From Vermamoeba vermiformis (taxonomy: Eukaryota): a stretch of DNA of 60,346 nucleotides. Position numbers and translations under genes: made by a program. Where the stretch lies: assembly GCA_045837725.1 (NCBI GenBank), contig JBEWZL010000100.1, positions 1 to 60,346 on the forward strand, given 5' to 3'. The notes beneath the pieces are model-generated. The model worked only from the letters and a program-made list of their open reading frames with translations. It was not told the origin of the DNA and searched no databases. Below are positions 25,942 to 38,500 of the stretch, one piece after another; the stretch's first letter is position 1; every line of letters starts with the position of its first letter.

Positions 25942-26265
25942 ACGTCAACTTGCGCTACACGAAGAAAATTAACAAGTTGGTTAAGTCACGGTGAAGCGTA
26001 CTTAAGTCAAGCTATTCTTCATATTTTTCAGCTGGCGGTGGCAAATGCTCTTTGCAGCCAATTTCCCACAAGTTGTCAGTTGAAACATTTCACTGAAGTC
26101 AACGAGGCCCTCAAACAAGGCACGCACACTGTTGTCAAGAACGGCAAGACTGTCAAGGTATGTGCTATATTAATAGTAGCATCAAAAGATCAGCGGGCCA
26201 GTATAGATCCGGGACGCAGATCTTTTGCACGGCTAGACAAATTTTGTTCGATTTGAAATCAACAA

Positions 26266-26336
26266 CAGGCCTTAGTTTAGTGGTAGAACGGAGGGCTGTA
26301 GTCCCTTAGACGTCGGTTCAATTCCGGCAGGCCTGA
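26266..26336 (+). tRNA. trnY: tRNA-Tyr (GTA), intronless
   Basis: Acceptor stem CAGGCCT/AGGCCTG with discriminator A (C1:G72, A73 are eukaryotic Tyr identity elements). D-arm GTTT..GAAC with TGG. Anticodon stem GAGGG/CCCTT with loop CT-GTA-GT. T-arm GTCGG-TTCAATT-CCGGC. Confidence 0.92.
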
Positions 26337-26352
26337 ATACCCTGGTCATTTC

Positions 26353-26361
26353 TTTTTTTTT
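26353..26361 (+). terminator. RNA polymerase III T-run terminator for tRNA-Tyr
   Basis: Run of 9 T starting 17 nt downstream of the tRNA. Confidence 0.7.
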
Positions 26362-26599
26362 GGTTTCTGTTCATTTTCCCAGAAGGTTGATCTGGATCTG
26401 TTTTGATTTCGATCGAGATGTTTTATTGGCGATTATTCAAAGCGAATATAATGGCTCGTTTAAATGATAATAGTTCTGTTGTTCAAGTCAATCGTAATTG
26501 AACGGATGTAGATCCTTTAAGGCCGCAGTTTTCAGGTGAGTAGAACCGCTAATCGACTTTTATTTACAGGAATTGCGCTGAATTAATATGTACATTATA

Positions 26600-28413
26600 C
26601 TACAGTAAATGATAGGCCTCTAACATTGCTCGTAAATTTTTGCCATGATTTTCTAGCAGCCTAAAGTAACAGATCTGCTTCAGGGTAGGCGCCGAATAAT
26701 ATAATTTTAAATTATTTAAGGCCTGATTAATATGCTCGATAAATTGAGTGCCTCTATTCTTCATCCACGACAAACAAACTAATTTTTGAACGATGTCCTG
26801 ATCCACCATTTTTTGTCCCGACGTTCCTATAATAAACAACTCTTATTAATATACTGCTCTATAATATAGTAATATACAATTATAGCTAATTTAATTTAAT
26901 TTTAAAGATAAAAAATATTTTTCACGGTCAAGATATTTTTTCACGCCGTACCATCCCACGAGAGAAATTCCATGCAAAAAGCACCCATGTGATATACTTC
27001 AGGCACCAATGATTCGCACAAAGTGTAAAATGGCTGCAAATTCTGCCAGCTGTAGCCAAGTTGTTTTTCAAGCTCGTATACTTCTTTCGGTGAAAACGAC
27101 GCCATAAAATACCGCAAAGTTTCGTCGACTTGGACGCTTTTTGTTCGTTCAGTGAACCGCTCTAGAATGAAATCGAGGTCAGTACCGACTTGCCAAAAAA
27201 GGAAAAAATTGATCCAATTATTTTTTCGTACCATCGTTAAGTAGATGAGCTAACGCTATGGCAGCGTGATGAATGGCTTTATGAGCACCAGTATAATGAG
27301 CTGCTAGGTCCTTATTCTGTTTAATTACTGCTGTCAATTTCTCGATCACGTTCAGATCCACCATTTTTTTCCGACACGCCGCTACACAACAAGATTAACC
27401 ACCGCTCATATTAATTTATATTTGCAGGTCATATGTCCTTTTACTTACGACATATCGCGCAGCTTTGCAAACACCCCACGAGGAGCTGCAAATGAAATCT
27501 TGTGTCGCGGATGGAATTGACTAAAATCTCAAGCACGCCTTCTTGTTCCATTGTCGGCAGTAGTTCCGCTGTGAAATAAAATTAATAAAATCGTTCACTG
27601 AAACACGAAATTTCCCTAACAATCTGAAATAAAAATCGCGCTCGAACTTTTGGACAAGATCTGAATGCTAAGAATACTCTAAAAATTACATATGTTTCTT
27701 ATATATGATATACCTTGTTCTAAAAATGACCAGAGCCATCCTACGCCTGCATTTTTTTCGTCTGGATCGTCCGACTTGACAAACCGAATAATATGCGGTA
27801 ATGCTCCTAAATTGTACTCACATCGCAAAAATTCCACTAAATAATACTTAATATAAGTCCTAGTATAATAGTAATAATTATTATTAATGTTACTTACAGT
27901 TCTCAGCGAAGTTCCAGCACGCATAAACTGCTAACAACCGCATCCGCTGATCTTCGTCTGTTAAATACTTCATCATCGCTTCAACACCTCCTATTTGTTG
28001 CCAATATCGTTTTCTAGGCACTAATAATAAAATAGCTGTTATTAAGGTGATTCTTTAATAGTCCAGAACTGGATCTGTCAAATTAAGTTCGCTTAAAAAA
28101 TATGTTTATGCATAGAATAAATTACAGTAATTATAATAATACTAAATTAAGCGAAAGGTTCGCTAAAACGAATTTTCTGTATTATTCAATAAGATCGGAA
28201 TATTGGAAGCTTCCAAAATCAAAGATGATTCTTACTTGATTCACTGCTTAGCCATGACGCGGAAAAATCCTGCGCTAAATTATATAGCGTTGCTTCTCTT
28301 AAAGGATCACATTCATCCGCAAGAATGGCTAACCGTTCGTCCATCTGCGTTTTGACCTCAAAAGAAAGGCCAACAATGCCTGTTTGACCTTTGGGATCGA
28401 GTGTGCTGCACAT
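26600..28413 (-). CDS. Armadillo-repeat protein with C-terminal BC-box/SOCS-like motif (tandem copy A)
   Basis: Exons RKRYWQQIGGVEAMMKYL...AVYACWNFAE, LGALPHIIRFV...GWLWSFLE, AAIALAHLLN, C-terminal APTLKQICYFRLL. Same exon structure as the neighbouring gene. Start is tentative. Confidence 0.7.
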
Positions 28414-28690
28414 ATATATACTTAAATACTATTCTAGTAATATTGTCACGTCATGGATGGTGTTAGTGTGCCGCACAAACAAAAAATGCTGGATAATTGA
28501 AACTAATTTGCTATTGGCTTGTTTTTGGAAATTTCCGAACGACATAATAGGATTGAATAACTATATTATAGATATAAATACATTACTTGTCTAAAAGATC
28601 ATTCCGAATTTTTTTTTAAAGCTCGGGCATTTGATCTACTTGTTCCGGATTCGATTTTGTAAGTAAGCAAGTACGCGAAAAAGAAGGTAT

Positions 28691-30221
28691 TTACATGACT
28701 ATATTACATTCATTCAGCTTAAGGGCTAAATTCTTGGAGCCAAGCAAGTCTAACAGTTTGTAATAGCAGATTTGCTTCAGATTCGGTACGGGAGTCTTTT
28801 TGATCAGTGTATCGCTCGCCTTTGTAATTAAGGTCTTAAATCGTTCACTTTTGTTACGCATCCAAGACAAACAAAGCAACTTAGCCGGAATCTCTTGCGC
28901 GATCATACGATCCACATTGCATTCTTTTTGAATAATCGATTAATAAGCGAAAAATATTGTTATATTACACTTACGTCGTAGCGATAGATAAGCTAGGCAG
29001 AAAGCACCGACCTCATAGACATCAACGTGATCAGATTCGCAGAGGTTGTAAAACGGAGCCATAATTTGCCAAAGAAACGATTGTTCGTCTTCTATATTCG
29101 ATACTTCTTCTATTGTTTTAGTTTCTAAGAAATTATTAATTTTTTCTGGTGCCTTCGCGTCGATACAAAGTTGTCTGAACCGATCTGAAATAAGATCAAT
29201 GATTAGATCTGGCTTAGTATATGATTATAAGTCATAATATTACTAACCATCATTCAAAAGATGAGCTAGAGCAATTACACTATGATGTAATGCATTGAGC
29301 ATGTCTTGTGTCACATCCGCTTCACCTGTACCCACACCGACCAATTTTGCGATCCCATTTGCTTCGACAATAGACTTTCTGCATCCAGCTACAAGTATAT
29401 ATATTAGTATTATGTATTATTAAGTTTAAGAAAGCAAAATAATGTGTGAAAGTGCGAGCGAGATCCATCAATTTGTGTTAACATTTACCGTGCACAGCGC
29501 AACTCTGTATGCAACCAATTACGACTGTCATAGACATATCAGGGTCTCCTATTGACTCAATAAGCACTGGCACTACTCCTCGCTCATTCACCGGATCCAA
29601 AGTCTCATCTGGGTAAGTGTCAAAAAAAATGTTTGAAATAATGCAGTATTTTCCTACCATATTCTAAAAATCCCCATAACCAACCAAATGCTGCTTCGCA
29701 TAAGGCTTTTCTATGATAACTATTGACGGTTTTGGTTTGAATCAATTTGACAATCTCTTCTAACGCACCTAACTCGTATTGAGCTTTCTCGAATTCGACT
29801 AAAAATGATGATTAAATAATTATTAATTAAAATAATATTATCTTACGGCTTTCAGCAAAATTCCAGCACGCGTGAGCTGCCATTAATCGAGTCTGCAGAT
29901 TTGGTGCTTGCAAGTAATCCATCATGCATTTAACACCTCCAATACTCATCCAATATCTCTTTTTTGCCACTGACACAGTCAGAATAATTTTAGATAATTT
30001 TAGAAACGAATCTGAGTCAGAATTCCAGACTTACAAATAGCAGGCTTCTCCCACGGTGAAAAGCATTCCTGTAATAAATATGCCAAATATGATCGTGGAT
30101 TTTCCTCGGGGTCTTCTAATGCTGCACCTACATCAGTCCTCGCAAGTTCTGCTGGCAGTAACTCTCGTAGTCTCTTGGCAGTAATATCTAAGTTTTCTTT
30201 ATCTTCCAAGCTTAGCGCCAT
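28691..30221 (-). CDS. Armadillo-repeat protein with C-terminal BC-box/SOCS-like motif (tandem copy B)
   Basis: KKRYWMSIGGVKCMMDYL...AAHACWNFAE, LGALEEIVKLI...GWLWGFLE, RGVVPVLIE, SVIALAHLLN, C-terminal PVPNLKQICYYKLLDLL. Confidence 0.72.
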
Positions 30222-30433
30222 CGTCCAGTTTATATGAGTACTATATAGTACTTGTTGTTGGTGTTGAAACAAACTGAAAAAAATAGTTGAAAAAGTCACT
30301 TGAGCATAAAGCACCGTAGCTAGCGAACAATGGAAAAACAGCGCCTATACTCCTAATGTTTGGTAACTACAGTATTTATAACAAAAAGAGGTCGTACAAA
30401 ACAGATCTGGAGCCCCAGATGATGCGATCAAAT

Positions 30434-32485
30434 TTACAGCTTGCTTGCTTGTTGGATCATGCTGAGTTTTTGCGACAACATCAAATTGCCGCTAATCTTC
30501 AACTTGCCTTGCATAAATGCTTGTTGGGCGTTGAGTTTTCCAGTTGAAATTTCAAAGTAGTCCTCATCCGCAACAGTCAAAGTGCAGTCAGGCTTAACAC
30601 CTTCAATAGTACCTTGCTTGACTTGACCAGGCTTGTTCTTCAAGTCCGCTGTGTAAACAACAGTTTGACCGTCCTTAGTCTTCAAGTTGAATTGGAACAC
30701 GCCCTTCACTTTATCGACCAGATCTGCGTTCTTGCTGACAGCTTGGGCCATAGCTTCAAACACGGGCTGGGACTTCAAAGTAGCAGGACCAGCACTAGGA
30801 GCAGCGCTGCCAGTGTTCAACTCGACGCAAGCGTTGTTGATCACAACCTAACCGAAGTAATTGTTACTACGAGCACTGCACCGAGATTCACATTTAACGA
30901 CACGTACGACATTGCGCTCCTTGACTTTAGTGACAAAGATGACGCGGTTGCCTTCCTTCCACATCTCAGTGACGAGAGTCTCGCCAGGGAAGACAGGGCT
31001 GGCAAAGCGGGCCTTGATGAGCTTGAAGTTCTTGGTCTCGTTGTTGCAGAACTTGTTCAACACGGCTCTACGAAAGTTGATCGTTAGTTACTAGTCATTG
31101 TCAACACTTAATCATATATAACTCAAAGATGACACGTGTAAATCGCATAAATGCGCAATTAACGCCGAGTACACGTGTCACTTGTCGTGTACTACGGGTT
31201 TATCAAAATAAATTATCCGGTCCTGTCCCCTTTCCGTTCCCCTTGAAGGCAAATTGACATTTGTATCGCTCATGACTTACCTGCAAGAGTGGCCGTAAGA
31301 GCACAAACCGTGGAGAATAGGTTGCTTAAAGCCAACCATTTGAGCGAGCATTGGATCCGCGTGCAAAGGATTGTAATCACTGAACAGACCGTTAGTCTAT
31401 ATATAACGAGGCTATGGCAATCGAATCAAGTTACATAACATCAGATCTAAGACGGCAAAATTTGAATCAAAAATAGACGACTTACCCGGACAAACGATAC
31501 AGCAAGGCTTGGTTAGCGGTAGTCTTGTCTTCTTGAACGGCATCAGGAGCGCGCTTAGGAGGCTCAATGTTTTGAGGAGCTGGTCCACGGTCACCCTAAG
31601 TGATTGCGAATCACATATTAGTAAATTTTTAATTTCGATGATGTGAGTCTCTATGAACATCGAAGTTCAGTACGTAAGAGCATTAAAAAAAGAAAGACCA
31701 CGTGCGTTTGTATTTGTTTCGCGCATGGTTAAATTTAGACTTACACCAAATCCACCCAAACCACGAACAAAGATCGTAGTAACGTTTCTGAAGATCTTCT
31801 TGTTGGTAGCGGGGTCAACAGTCAATGTCTCACGAACAATGACGGCGCCCTTGCCTTGGCCCTTGTCGTAAACACCAATCACCTTGGACTTGTTGACGAA
31901 GTTGCCTTCGAGAGGGATGGGATGCGACAACACCTCGGTCTCTTGTTCACCGTGCAAGATCATGGCAGGGTTGAACTTGGCACCAGGGAAAGCTATAGGA
32001 TATTTTTAGATAAGGAGCGATGAATTGATGAAAGAAAATATTGAAAGGGCACCGAGGGAAATCTGGATGCACCTTTACAAATTGCAGGCTATAGAGCTTA
32101 TACTTACAGGCCATGGAACCACCACCAAAGGGAACAATATCGTAGCTATCTCCCTTGAAGGGGAAGCAAGTGGAGTAGGTAGGAATGGCTTGGAAGTCAG
32201 AATCTAAAAAATAATTTTAAAAATTCAGTATCAATTATTGCAACTATAAATACGGTCAAAAACGTCATAATATACAATTATTCTTATTATTCTTAATTTT
32301 TTAGGCTCAAATAAGTTGCTAAAAATGAGAATTATCGTACCTCCTTCATAAACATAGCACAAATCCGTAGCACCGACACCCAAAGCGTACAAAATCAAGT
32401 CACGCTTGTTATAAGCAACGGGAGCTGGAGGAGTCTCAGAGCCCAACAAAATTTCAGGCTTGATGTAGCTTTCTGGTTCAGACAT
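30434..32485 (-). CDS. Peroxisomal enoyl-CoA hydratase 2 (MaoC-like double hot-dog) fused to SCP2, with PTS1 SKL
   Basis: [52 protein letters not shown]...[26 protein letters not shown], then SCP2 domain ([12 protein letters not shown]...[18 protein letters not shown]) ending in SKL. Probable 5'-UTR intron upstream of ATG 32485. Confidence 0.93.
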
Positions 32486-32708
32486 TGTATTGAATCTAGC
32501 CACGACAATATTAGAATACGGTCGCTATTCGATATAACACTGTGCTTGTATTGTTACAATTATAGAAACGTACCTTTATTGCTTTCACTTGCAAAGGGAG
32601 AATGAAAAATGAAATCTGAAAAAATCTTCGGGTTACTGTTCAAGCCCCAACGGAACAGCACAATAGCACTTTATGTAAATATAATTATAATACCTTTAAT
32701 TGTACAAA

Positions 32709-35191
32709 ATGTCCCGCGTGAAGGTATTCAAACTGCCATTTGAAACTACTGCCACTCAACTTAAAAGTAAGATCGCGCTCTCTAAGCCTGCAAATTACAG
32801 CTTAAATTATTTTAATATTATTTAATAATAGCCATTGTTATAATATAGCGATGTGCTGTATATTAGCAACTTGATGAATAAGAATTTAATTTTCTTCAAC
32901 TTTTCAAGGTATTTATGCGCCATTTGGCATCACGAATGCAAAGGTCGCCTTTTACACATTTAATGGCGAGACAAAATCACGTGGCTGGGCTATTTTAGAT
33001 TTTCCCAATGACGCTAGCCGCCAAGAGGCAGAGTAAGTGCACGATCCAAATAATTTTCTAACCATCTTCGTATTATTTATCATTGAAAATATATTCTACG
33101 ATTACAATATAATATTTCTATATTTTAATAACGCTTAACATTTCTATTTGTGCTTCTGGATCGACATTAGATCTGTTGCTAACCTGGATGTCGTTCTCTA
33201 ATTTGTTTATCGTAGGCGACGAGTCACTAGGATTGACAATCGATATGTATCATATACAGATGTTACCGAGAACGATCTACAAATGCTGAAAGGCAAAGTC
33301 GGCAAAAAACAACATCAACCTAACGTTATCAAGTTGTCAGCGGTTGGAGTTCCACCGGTAAGATCGATAAAAAGAACAGATTATAGTACGCAATGTCGTA
33401 TTATTAAGTAATCGTTCGCTACTACTGGAAGTTTCTTTGGTACACAAGCACGTATTGGTAGTGGAACACAGATGTCAAAAGTGGTTTTTTTTATCTGGCT
33501 TGAGATTGCTTTGTAATTTATGGAAATTAGCGTACTATCTTTAGGCATATTTAACATTATTCTTGTTATAGGATGACGAAGATGACGACGACGGGTTTGT
33601 AGGATCCGCTCCGGTAAATAATAATTCATCGCGAGCCACTGCCAATTTGCCGACGGGATTAGGATCTGCCTCTATTCAGGGCTTAATACAACAAGCCAAC
33701 TTATTCACTGGTGCCAATAACGTGCCAGCAACAATCAATCAATTCAGTCAAAATACTCAACAATTGCCTCCTGCATCTCAATCACAATTATCCGCATCAA
33801 AACCGTCGTTGAAATTAGACTCAATTCCAGGTATGTTCACGAGCAGATAAATTACGTGTTGCGATTTTATAAATTAGCTAATTTTGAAGTTTTAAAGTAT
33901 TGTTATTGCATGTGTACGGATGATCGATAAGATATTCCGATAATTAACTTGCAATATTATTAATAGAGACGTACTTTGCGAGCCATAAGTTCTTTATCAT
34001 CGATTTTGAGACCTCTCTGCCCTCAGATCACATCCATTTGCCAGTCGAGATTGCAATTTATGCCTTTAGCTTCAAAGATGGCCGATTAAAGGCCTATCAT
34101 AAACTCATAGACGCGGGAACAGTACCTTCATAGTAAGTAATCAAACGTAATCAGTTTAATTTATTCGGACAGTATAATCCAACGCTAAAAATAGTCCTTC
34201 GGCCCGTCCAAGAAAACATTAGATGTTACCCTATCTTTAATGATTATATATAGTTATATCGGGTCTGCACTATGGAAAGAAGAAAATGTCCATGGCATAC
34301 CGCATTCAAACTTCAACCAAGGCGACAAAAATTATAGCGTTATATGGCAAGAGATCTGCGCGTTCGTTGATTTGCCCGAACAAAAGACGTTTCCAGTTAA
34401 CTTCTTTGCTAAGGTAACACATCGGTCTTAATATTATACGTAGTTAAATTCCGCAACAACCTTCGGAGCACGAAAAGCTATATTTGGAAATTAACCGCAA
34501 TTAAGTAACTCTGTCATTGTATTATAGAATCCAGCTTCCAAGACTGCGTGCTTAGAATGGATAGCGAATAAAGCAGGTACGTAGCTAGGCGAAGTACATC
34601 CGTAAGTCAAAGTCAATCTGACGATATGTAGGCGTGCAGAATCATTTTGGCGATGTCAGAACAGTGGAAGAATTGCTTGAGAGCGTTTGTAAACGAAAGT
34701 ACAAAGATAGGAGTATTAATACCGGAGTTAGATCTCGGATCCCAGAAATTTTCGTCAAATTAGAGAAAATAGTCGATGGTAAATGTGAGTACCATAGAAG
34801 TAAGGACTCTAAAAGTGGCAAAAGGTATGTCGGTGTTTCAATTGTCCCAAAAGAATACTACTAATCAAGTCTGATGACTTTGCTACAATTTTTTACGCGC
34901 AATAACTGAAGATTGTGTTATTTTCCTCATGTCAATAATCTAATCTCGTTATAATTAAGCTTAGTATTAATCTGAAATGATTCTTACCTGTTGAATTATT
35001 AATTTTACTAAATATGGAAATTGCTGCGGTCACTTATTGACAGATATTATTACTTTGCATGTTCCCTAATAGTCACATTATATTATAGCTTTAGCTGTGC
35101 CCTAGCAAAAGCGCAAGCCGTCGGATCTCTTTTGAAAGAAATCATCGATCAGGAAATGATTTTAAAAATAATGATAGAAAATGGAGCTTAA
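32709..35191 (+). CDS. RRM + Maelstrom (MAEL) domain protein
   Basis: N-terminal RRM (MSRVKVFKLPFETTATQLKSIYAPFG...KSRGWAILDF), a Q/N/S-rich linker, then FFIIDFETSL...LPVEIAIYAFSFKDGRLKAYHKLIDAGTVPSYYIGSA...HGIP ... CLEWI ... KCEYH ... FSCALAKA. This is the MAEL pattern including the E-C-H-C zinc site. Confidence 0.8.
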
Positions 35192-35582
35192 ATGGTCAAC
35201 ATGCTCAAACCCGATTAATAAATTCAGTTTCGAGCATGTTTTGTGATTTATAAGTCCTGTAATAAATTTCTTACGCCGAGTAGATGTGGATCTCGATCCC
35301 ATCCAACTTGGCGGGCGCCAGTTTGCCCTATTAACGTGAGACAACAATCTATGTATAGTTGAGCACACGCTGGCATCCATCGGAACTCGACGCCGACTCG
35401 TTTATTTTTCACTGAAGGGGGTTCTTTGGGAGTTTTCCCACTCGAAATTACAAAACCTGACAGAGGCCGAAAAAAGCTTTACGGGTGATCATTATTCCTA
35501 CACGAAGATTACAACACATTCCTGCCCGATAATTAAGATGGTCAAGAACGATACAATTTGACGAATTAATTAAACGGATCCA

Positions 35583-38500
35583 ATGGAGATAGAAAACCCG
35601 AAAGAGATGAAAGTATTAAAGCTCCGCGACGAGCTCAAATCCAGAAATTTGTCGCCATCTGGATTGAAGTCGGTCTTAGTCAAGCGATTACTGCAGGCTT
35701 ATAAAGCTGAAGGTTTTAATGTGGATGCGTTTATGGGAGACGATACTGACAGCGGAAATGATGAAACACCAAGCTATATAGGTTACTGGAGGAATATTAA
35801 AAGCAATAATACCCCCTCTGACCGTATATCATGCGAGGGCATTCACATCCCTGAACAGAATTGTTTCTGGAGCATCCCGTCTAATGTATGCATCCATTAC
35901 GCTGAAAAACAACAAGGTACGATTTAATAGAACTGCAATATTAATATGAATTGATAATAATTCAATTTGATAGAATTTATAAGTTTTCAAAAGCTTGGAA
36001 ACACGAGCAGCGACATCCAAGTCCAACGCATTAGGAATTTTTCAGTCAGTTTAATAGGTAAGCCATAATACACACGAATTTATATATATTTGCCGAATTG
36101 ACGACTTCGCGTGGTTTTTCGTATCGCAAAATTCGTCCACCGATGCTAAATAGAAATTGCAGGGGATGTCATAGTACTATTCGGTGGTCAAACGGATCAG
36201 TTCCATAATGATCTCTACGTAGCATCCAAAGGTAAGTGACTCACAAAACTCCGGGAGAACCCTGTGTTAATTTTAACGTGCTCCATATGGATTGCAGATA
36301 GTTTTTGACGGATTGAATTGACGGCTATTCTTTAATTTAGATACGAAACAATGGCGACGCGTCATTGCATCTGGCAATTTGCCTGGTGCTCGCTGTTGCC
36401 ACTCAGCAACAGTCATCTCGGATAATGAAATCTTAATTGTTGGTGGATTGGCCCGAACCGACCAAAACCGAATCATAGCATTAAATGATATTCATGTCCT
36501 TAATATAGGTAATATACTTGATGATCGTCAGTTACTTTTTATGCATCTACAGTCCGGAATAATGAACAACTGATTGAGCGATATTAATTGTCGAAATTTT
36601 CTGAATAATTAAATAATCTCCTTGGATCAATAGATACCTGGACATGGTCTGAAATAAAGTACGAAGGCAAACTTACGCGAAGAGCGGGTCACAGCGCTAC
36701 ACTTATAAAGTACGTAAGCGGGACATCCCCTAATAATAGATCTGCGCTTTAAGCTTATCGTTGCGCGGATTGGATTGGATTGATCCGCGAGCAGATATGC
36801 TTTTTGTAATATAATTACTATTTCGGAGCTTAATACTGACGCACATCTCAGGCACGAGGATCAAGCAAAAATTTTCCTCTTTGGTGGCTTTTCAACGAGC
36901 GAAAACGGAATAATAGATTGGAATGATGCGTTGTGGAGATCAGATGCCAGCTTGTATGATTTTGGTAAGTAATCATTGCAATTAGCATTTCAATTTATTA
37001 ACCATAGACCCACTTGCACGAGTTTAGTTTTCAAAAATTCCTTATTTGGAAAAACGTTCGACATTTTCAGTCCATCTCAATTATCTAATGCTCATGATAG
37101 AAAACAAACTTGCCTCTAATGCCAAGATGCGCGGATGCGCTCCTCAAGCCCGCGCGTTTCATTCCGTAGTTGTCAAAGGTGATCGGCTTTATGTGTTCGG
37201 CGGATCCAACAAAAATTACGGCACGTGGCAGTCCGTCAACTATGTAGATTACGTTGATACCGGTAAGCATATTTAAAGCTTTAAAACGACAATTTGACTT
37301 TTTTGACTTGCCCGAAATTCAACGCGCATCAAAAAATCCGAATATGCATGGTCAAACACGTGGCCGATCAATCATAATTAACGGAGATGATCTATGGATT
37401 ATGTTGATGAAATACTCACGCTTTTATATACTCCAGAAACGCTAAAATGGGCGAGACAACTTGCCGACGGAGATCTGCCTAGTTTCCGGCAGCAGCCAGG
37501 CGCGACTGCCTATTTCGAGCCTTTATGGATCTGCATCAACTTGCCTAACGCGGAGATGATGTTGTATAGTCCTTACAATCAATATGAATCAATGAAATGC
37601 GATTCGGAGGAAGAACCCGCTGACATCGAGGATGATCATCAGAACTTTTTAATTTTGAACGCTGGTAAGTCTAAGCACCTATAATAGTGTGTTCAATATA
37701 ATATCTGATTTAACCAACTGCTTGGCACTCGACAAAGGCCAAAGAAGTGTTTATTTCCTAAAAAGGAAACGTTCCATCAAGATTAATTAATATCCATGAC
37801 CCACGAGATAGTTATATTTTATATTGATTATCCTCGTTCAGATCATTTGAACAATCTTTCCTTCGTTAATAGTAATAATGCAAAGAAAATACATAAAATT
37901 AATTTCTTTTTGTGTTCAGAGTATAAACCAGATATAGCCGTCGAGGATTCTACCTTCGAGTATGACATGAAACAGTTTTTCATGAGCGAGATGCTGTCAG
38001 ATATCAATTTTCGCGTTCAAAACAAATACTTGCGCGGTAAGTCAAAAATACGGTGTTGCCGGATCTATTTTTCATCCGAAAGTTTGCTTTTGTTTTAAAA
38101 ACGGATGCTCCGGTAGAAAACTGCATACTTTTAAATTTGAATTTGGTTAAAAATGGGGTTTATAGTCTTTGTGGGTAATTTTCGGATCTCGTAAAAATTC
38201 GTTTTGATATTTCCTGCGCTTCAAATTTTAAATCCAATTCAATTTATTGGCATAATGCAACTGCCATTACACAAATTTGATTCGATACTAATGCTATATA
38301 CGGGACGGACTTGTCCTATATCACGTTTTGACACGCGTCATGTCCCACTGTACCTCCAAAACCAGATCTCGCCGCTCGAATGATCATTTTACATCAGTCT
38401 ATTATGATAACATTATATTAACGCTATCATGTTTATATAGCGCACAAATCACTTGTTTCGTCGCGATCGGATCCTCTACGCGACCTATGCAACAAAAAGA

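Noticed and set aside
32850-32910. Apparent frameshift in the RRM (DVLYISNL frame)
   Set aside because: It disappears when the acceptor at ~32908 is used (LK-SIYAPFG). The region is intronic.
35162-35380. 72-aa minus-strand ORF
   Set aside because: Overlaps the 3' end of the MAEL gene and has no motif or splice support.
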